From: Bacteroidales bacterium
GTDB lineage: Bacteria; Bacteroidota; Bacteroidia; Bacteroidales; B18-G4
NCBI GenBank assembly: GCA_029942245.1
Contig: JAOZTN010000002.1
Location: 19,255 to 75,494 of the forward strand
DNA: 56,240 bases
Direction of reading: 5' to 3'
Shown one piece after another: positions 54,617 to 56,240 of the stretch. The notes beneath the pieces are model-generated. The model ran no database searches. It was not told the DNA's origin and worked only from the letters and a program-made list of their open reading frames with translations. Positions within the stretch are counted from its first letter, which is position 1, and every line of letters starts with the position of its first letter. Position numbers and translations under genes: made by a program.

Positions 54617-56240
54617 ATGCGCAAACTGACTATACTCCTGACAAGCCTTACTTTGTTGATGGCATTCCAACTTGAAGCGCAGCCCTTTGAAAGCATCTCT
54701 TCCGGCATCACCGGCCTCGGCAGGAGCTATGTGGCCTGGGGCGACTACGATAACGATGGTGATCTGGATGTCGTAATTAGTGGTATGAGCAATGCCGGTG
54801 ACCATATGACAATACTTTACAATAACGATGAAGGAGTATTTAACGATGCTAAGGCAGGCTTAAAAGGAGTGAAGGATGGCTCGCTCGAATGGGGCGATTA
54901 TGACAATGATGATGACCTTGACCTGCTGCTTACAGGAGAGGCTTACGATGCCAGTCCAATATCTCTGATATACACAAATAACCAGGGGGTATTCGAACTC
55001 TACGATGCCGGCTTCCCTGGAGTAGCTTATGGACACGCTACCTGGGGCGATTATGATAATGATGGCGACCTGGATGTACTGATCAGCGGAAACTGGCAGG
55101 TTAAGTTATTTGAAAATTCTGAAGGCATTTTTAGCCCGATTGAACAGGATTTTGGCCAGCTGCAGAGTTCCCGCTCCGCATGGGGTGATTTCGACAATGA
55201 CGGAGATCTTGACATTCTCCTGATCGGTGACTCCGGCGGTGGATATATCAGCGCTGTTTTTATTAATGAAAAGGGAACATTCAGTGATGCCGGATTGGAA
55301 ATGGAAGGCCTGTTTTCAGGTACAACCGATTGGATCGACTTCGATCAGGATGGAGATCTCGATATATGCCTCAGTGGATATGATATTTTTCTTGAACCCA
55401 GATTTCTAATTTATGAGAACCTTGGAGATGGAAATATTGCAAACTACAACCTGTATCTGCCCGGACTGGGGATCAGTTCTGTTGATTGGGGTGATTATGA
55501 TAATGACGGCGACCTGGATATTCTGGCCTGTGGTAAAAATGCTTCCTGCGGTGGAGGTATCTCGAATGTTTACTACAACCAGGATGGTGAATTTATAGAT
55601 GAACCAGGGTCTAGCCTGGATGGAGCGATCAGGTGCAGCGCTGCCTGGGCCGACTATGATAATGATGGGGACCTGGATTTTCTGCTAACAGGCTTAACTC
55701 CTGCAGAGGTACCATTCTCAAAGTTTTACAGAAATACCGCAGGCGACAATAATTATCTTCAGAATAGTATGCCAGAAGCACCTTCTAACCTGGAATCCTT
55801 TGTAGAGGATAACTTTGCGGTCTTATCATGGGATAAGGCTACAGATGCACAAACTCCCCAGGATGGACTGAATTATAATTTACGCATCGGAACCCACCCG
55901 GGCGAAAGCGATGTGCTTACTCCAATGGCAAATGCCGAAAATGGGTTTCGCTATATCCAGGCACTCGGCAACACCAATACGGAAGTGTCCAGGATGATCC
56001 TGAACCTGCCTGAAGGAGTTTATTACTGGAGCGTACAGGCCGTCGATCAGGCGTATGCCGGATCCCCTTTTGCGGCTGAACAGAGTTTTTCCATCATAGA
56101 GACTGGGATTGGTGATGAAAACAAAGGGTTATTTGGAATCTACCCCAATCCTGCAAAGGAAAAAGTCCAGGTATATACAGGGAGTGATAAGCCATTTGAA
56201 TACCACATTTTCAATATGAATGGACAGGAGGTGATGCAGG
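54617..56240 (+). CDS. FG-GAP/VCBS-repeat (integrin-alpha-like) secreted protein with an FN3-like module and the start of a T9SS type-A CTD (partial, runs off the right edge)
   Basis: It is not in the ORF track because there is no stop in the window. From the ATG at 54617 it reads MRKLTILLTSLTLLMAFQLEAQ, then seven W(G/A/I)D(Y/F)D(N/Q)DGDLD repeats. It ends ...GIYPNPAKEKVQVYTGSDKPFEYHIFNMNGQEVMQ at the window edge. Confidence 0.85.
   Translation, partial: MRKLTILLTSLTLLMAFQLEAQPFESISSGITGLGRSYVAWGDYDNDGDLDVVISGMSNAGDHMTILYNNDEGVFNDAKAGLKGVKDGSLEWGDYDNDDDLDLLLTGEAYDASPISLIYTNNQGVFELYDAGFPGVAYGHATWGDYDNDGDLDVLISGNWQVKLFENSEGIFSPIEQDFGQLQSSRSAWGDFDNDGDLDILLIGDSGGGYISAVFINEKGTFSDAGLEMEGLFSGTTDWIDFDQDGDLDICLSGYDIFLEPRFLIYENLGDGNIANYNLYLPGLGISSVDWGDYDNDGDLDILACGKNASCGGGISNVYYNQDGEFIDEPGSSLDGAIRCSAAWADYDNDGDLDFLLTGLTPAEVPFSKFYRNTAGDNNYLQNSMPEAPSNLESFVEDNFAVLSWDKATDAQTPQDGLNYNLRIGTHPGESDVLTPMANAENGFRYIQALGNTNTEVSRMILNLPEGVYYWSVQAVDQAYAGSPFAAEQSFSIIETGIGDENKGLFGIYPNPAKEKVQVYTGSDKPFEYHIFNMNGQEVMQ

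Noticed and set aside
54560-54805. An 81-aa minus-strand ORF across the start of the FG-GAP gene.
   Set aside because: It is antisense to a strongly supported repeat-protein frame and has no features of its own.

Overview
This is a Bacteroidota-type chromosomal segment. The evidence is T9SS C-terminal sorting domains, TAnnTTTG -7 promoter boxes, no Shine-Dalgarno spacing, and a nadK / porG-like / uppS / bamA / skp / skp cluster. It is about 90% coding and mostly housekeeping. Recognised genes are an ECF sigma factor with a putative anti-sigma, lepA, two tandem GAPDH genes, relA/spoT, a Fur-like regulator, purA, tRNA-Gln followed by rimP-nusA-infB, a DUF2723 membrane protein, lgt, a glycosyltransferase, dprA, rsgA, sucA-sucB-nadB plus a gamma-CA-like gene, a ferredoxin divergent from korAB, tilS and dsbD. 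Five predicted T9SS cargo genes are interspersed: one with a type-B CTD and four with type-A CTDs. Two of these form an AT-rich two-gene block next to the tRNA. I see no CRISPR array, transposase, integrase, prophage or recognisable defence/toxin module. Four things seem worth a second look. (1) Short tandem arrays with strict 7-nt periodicity lie immediately after the stop codons of at least five genes, and one sits in-frame inside a T9SS cargo gene at the passenger/CTD junction. (2) A translationally coupled GAPDH pair has an upstream member lacking the catalytic cysteine. (3) tRNA-Gln plus an intrinsic terminator hairpin form the only visible entry to the rimP-nusA-infB operon. (4) The AT-rich orphan cargo pair includes a 1364-aa protein whose signal peptide lies upstream of any canonical start codon. 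All calls rest on reading the sequence and recognising motifs; no searches were run.
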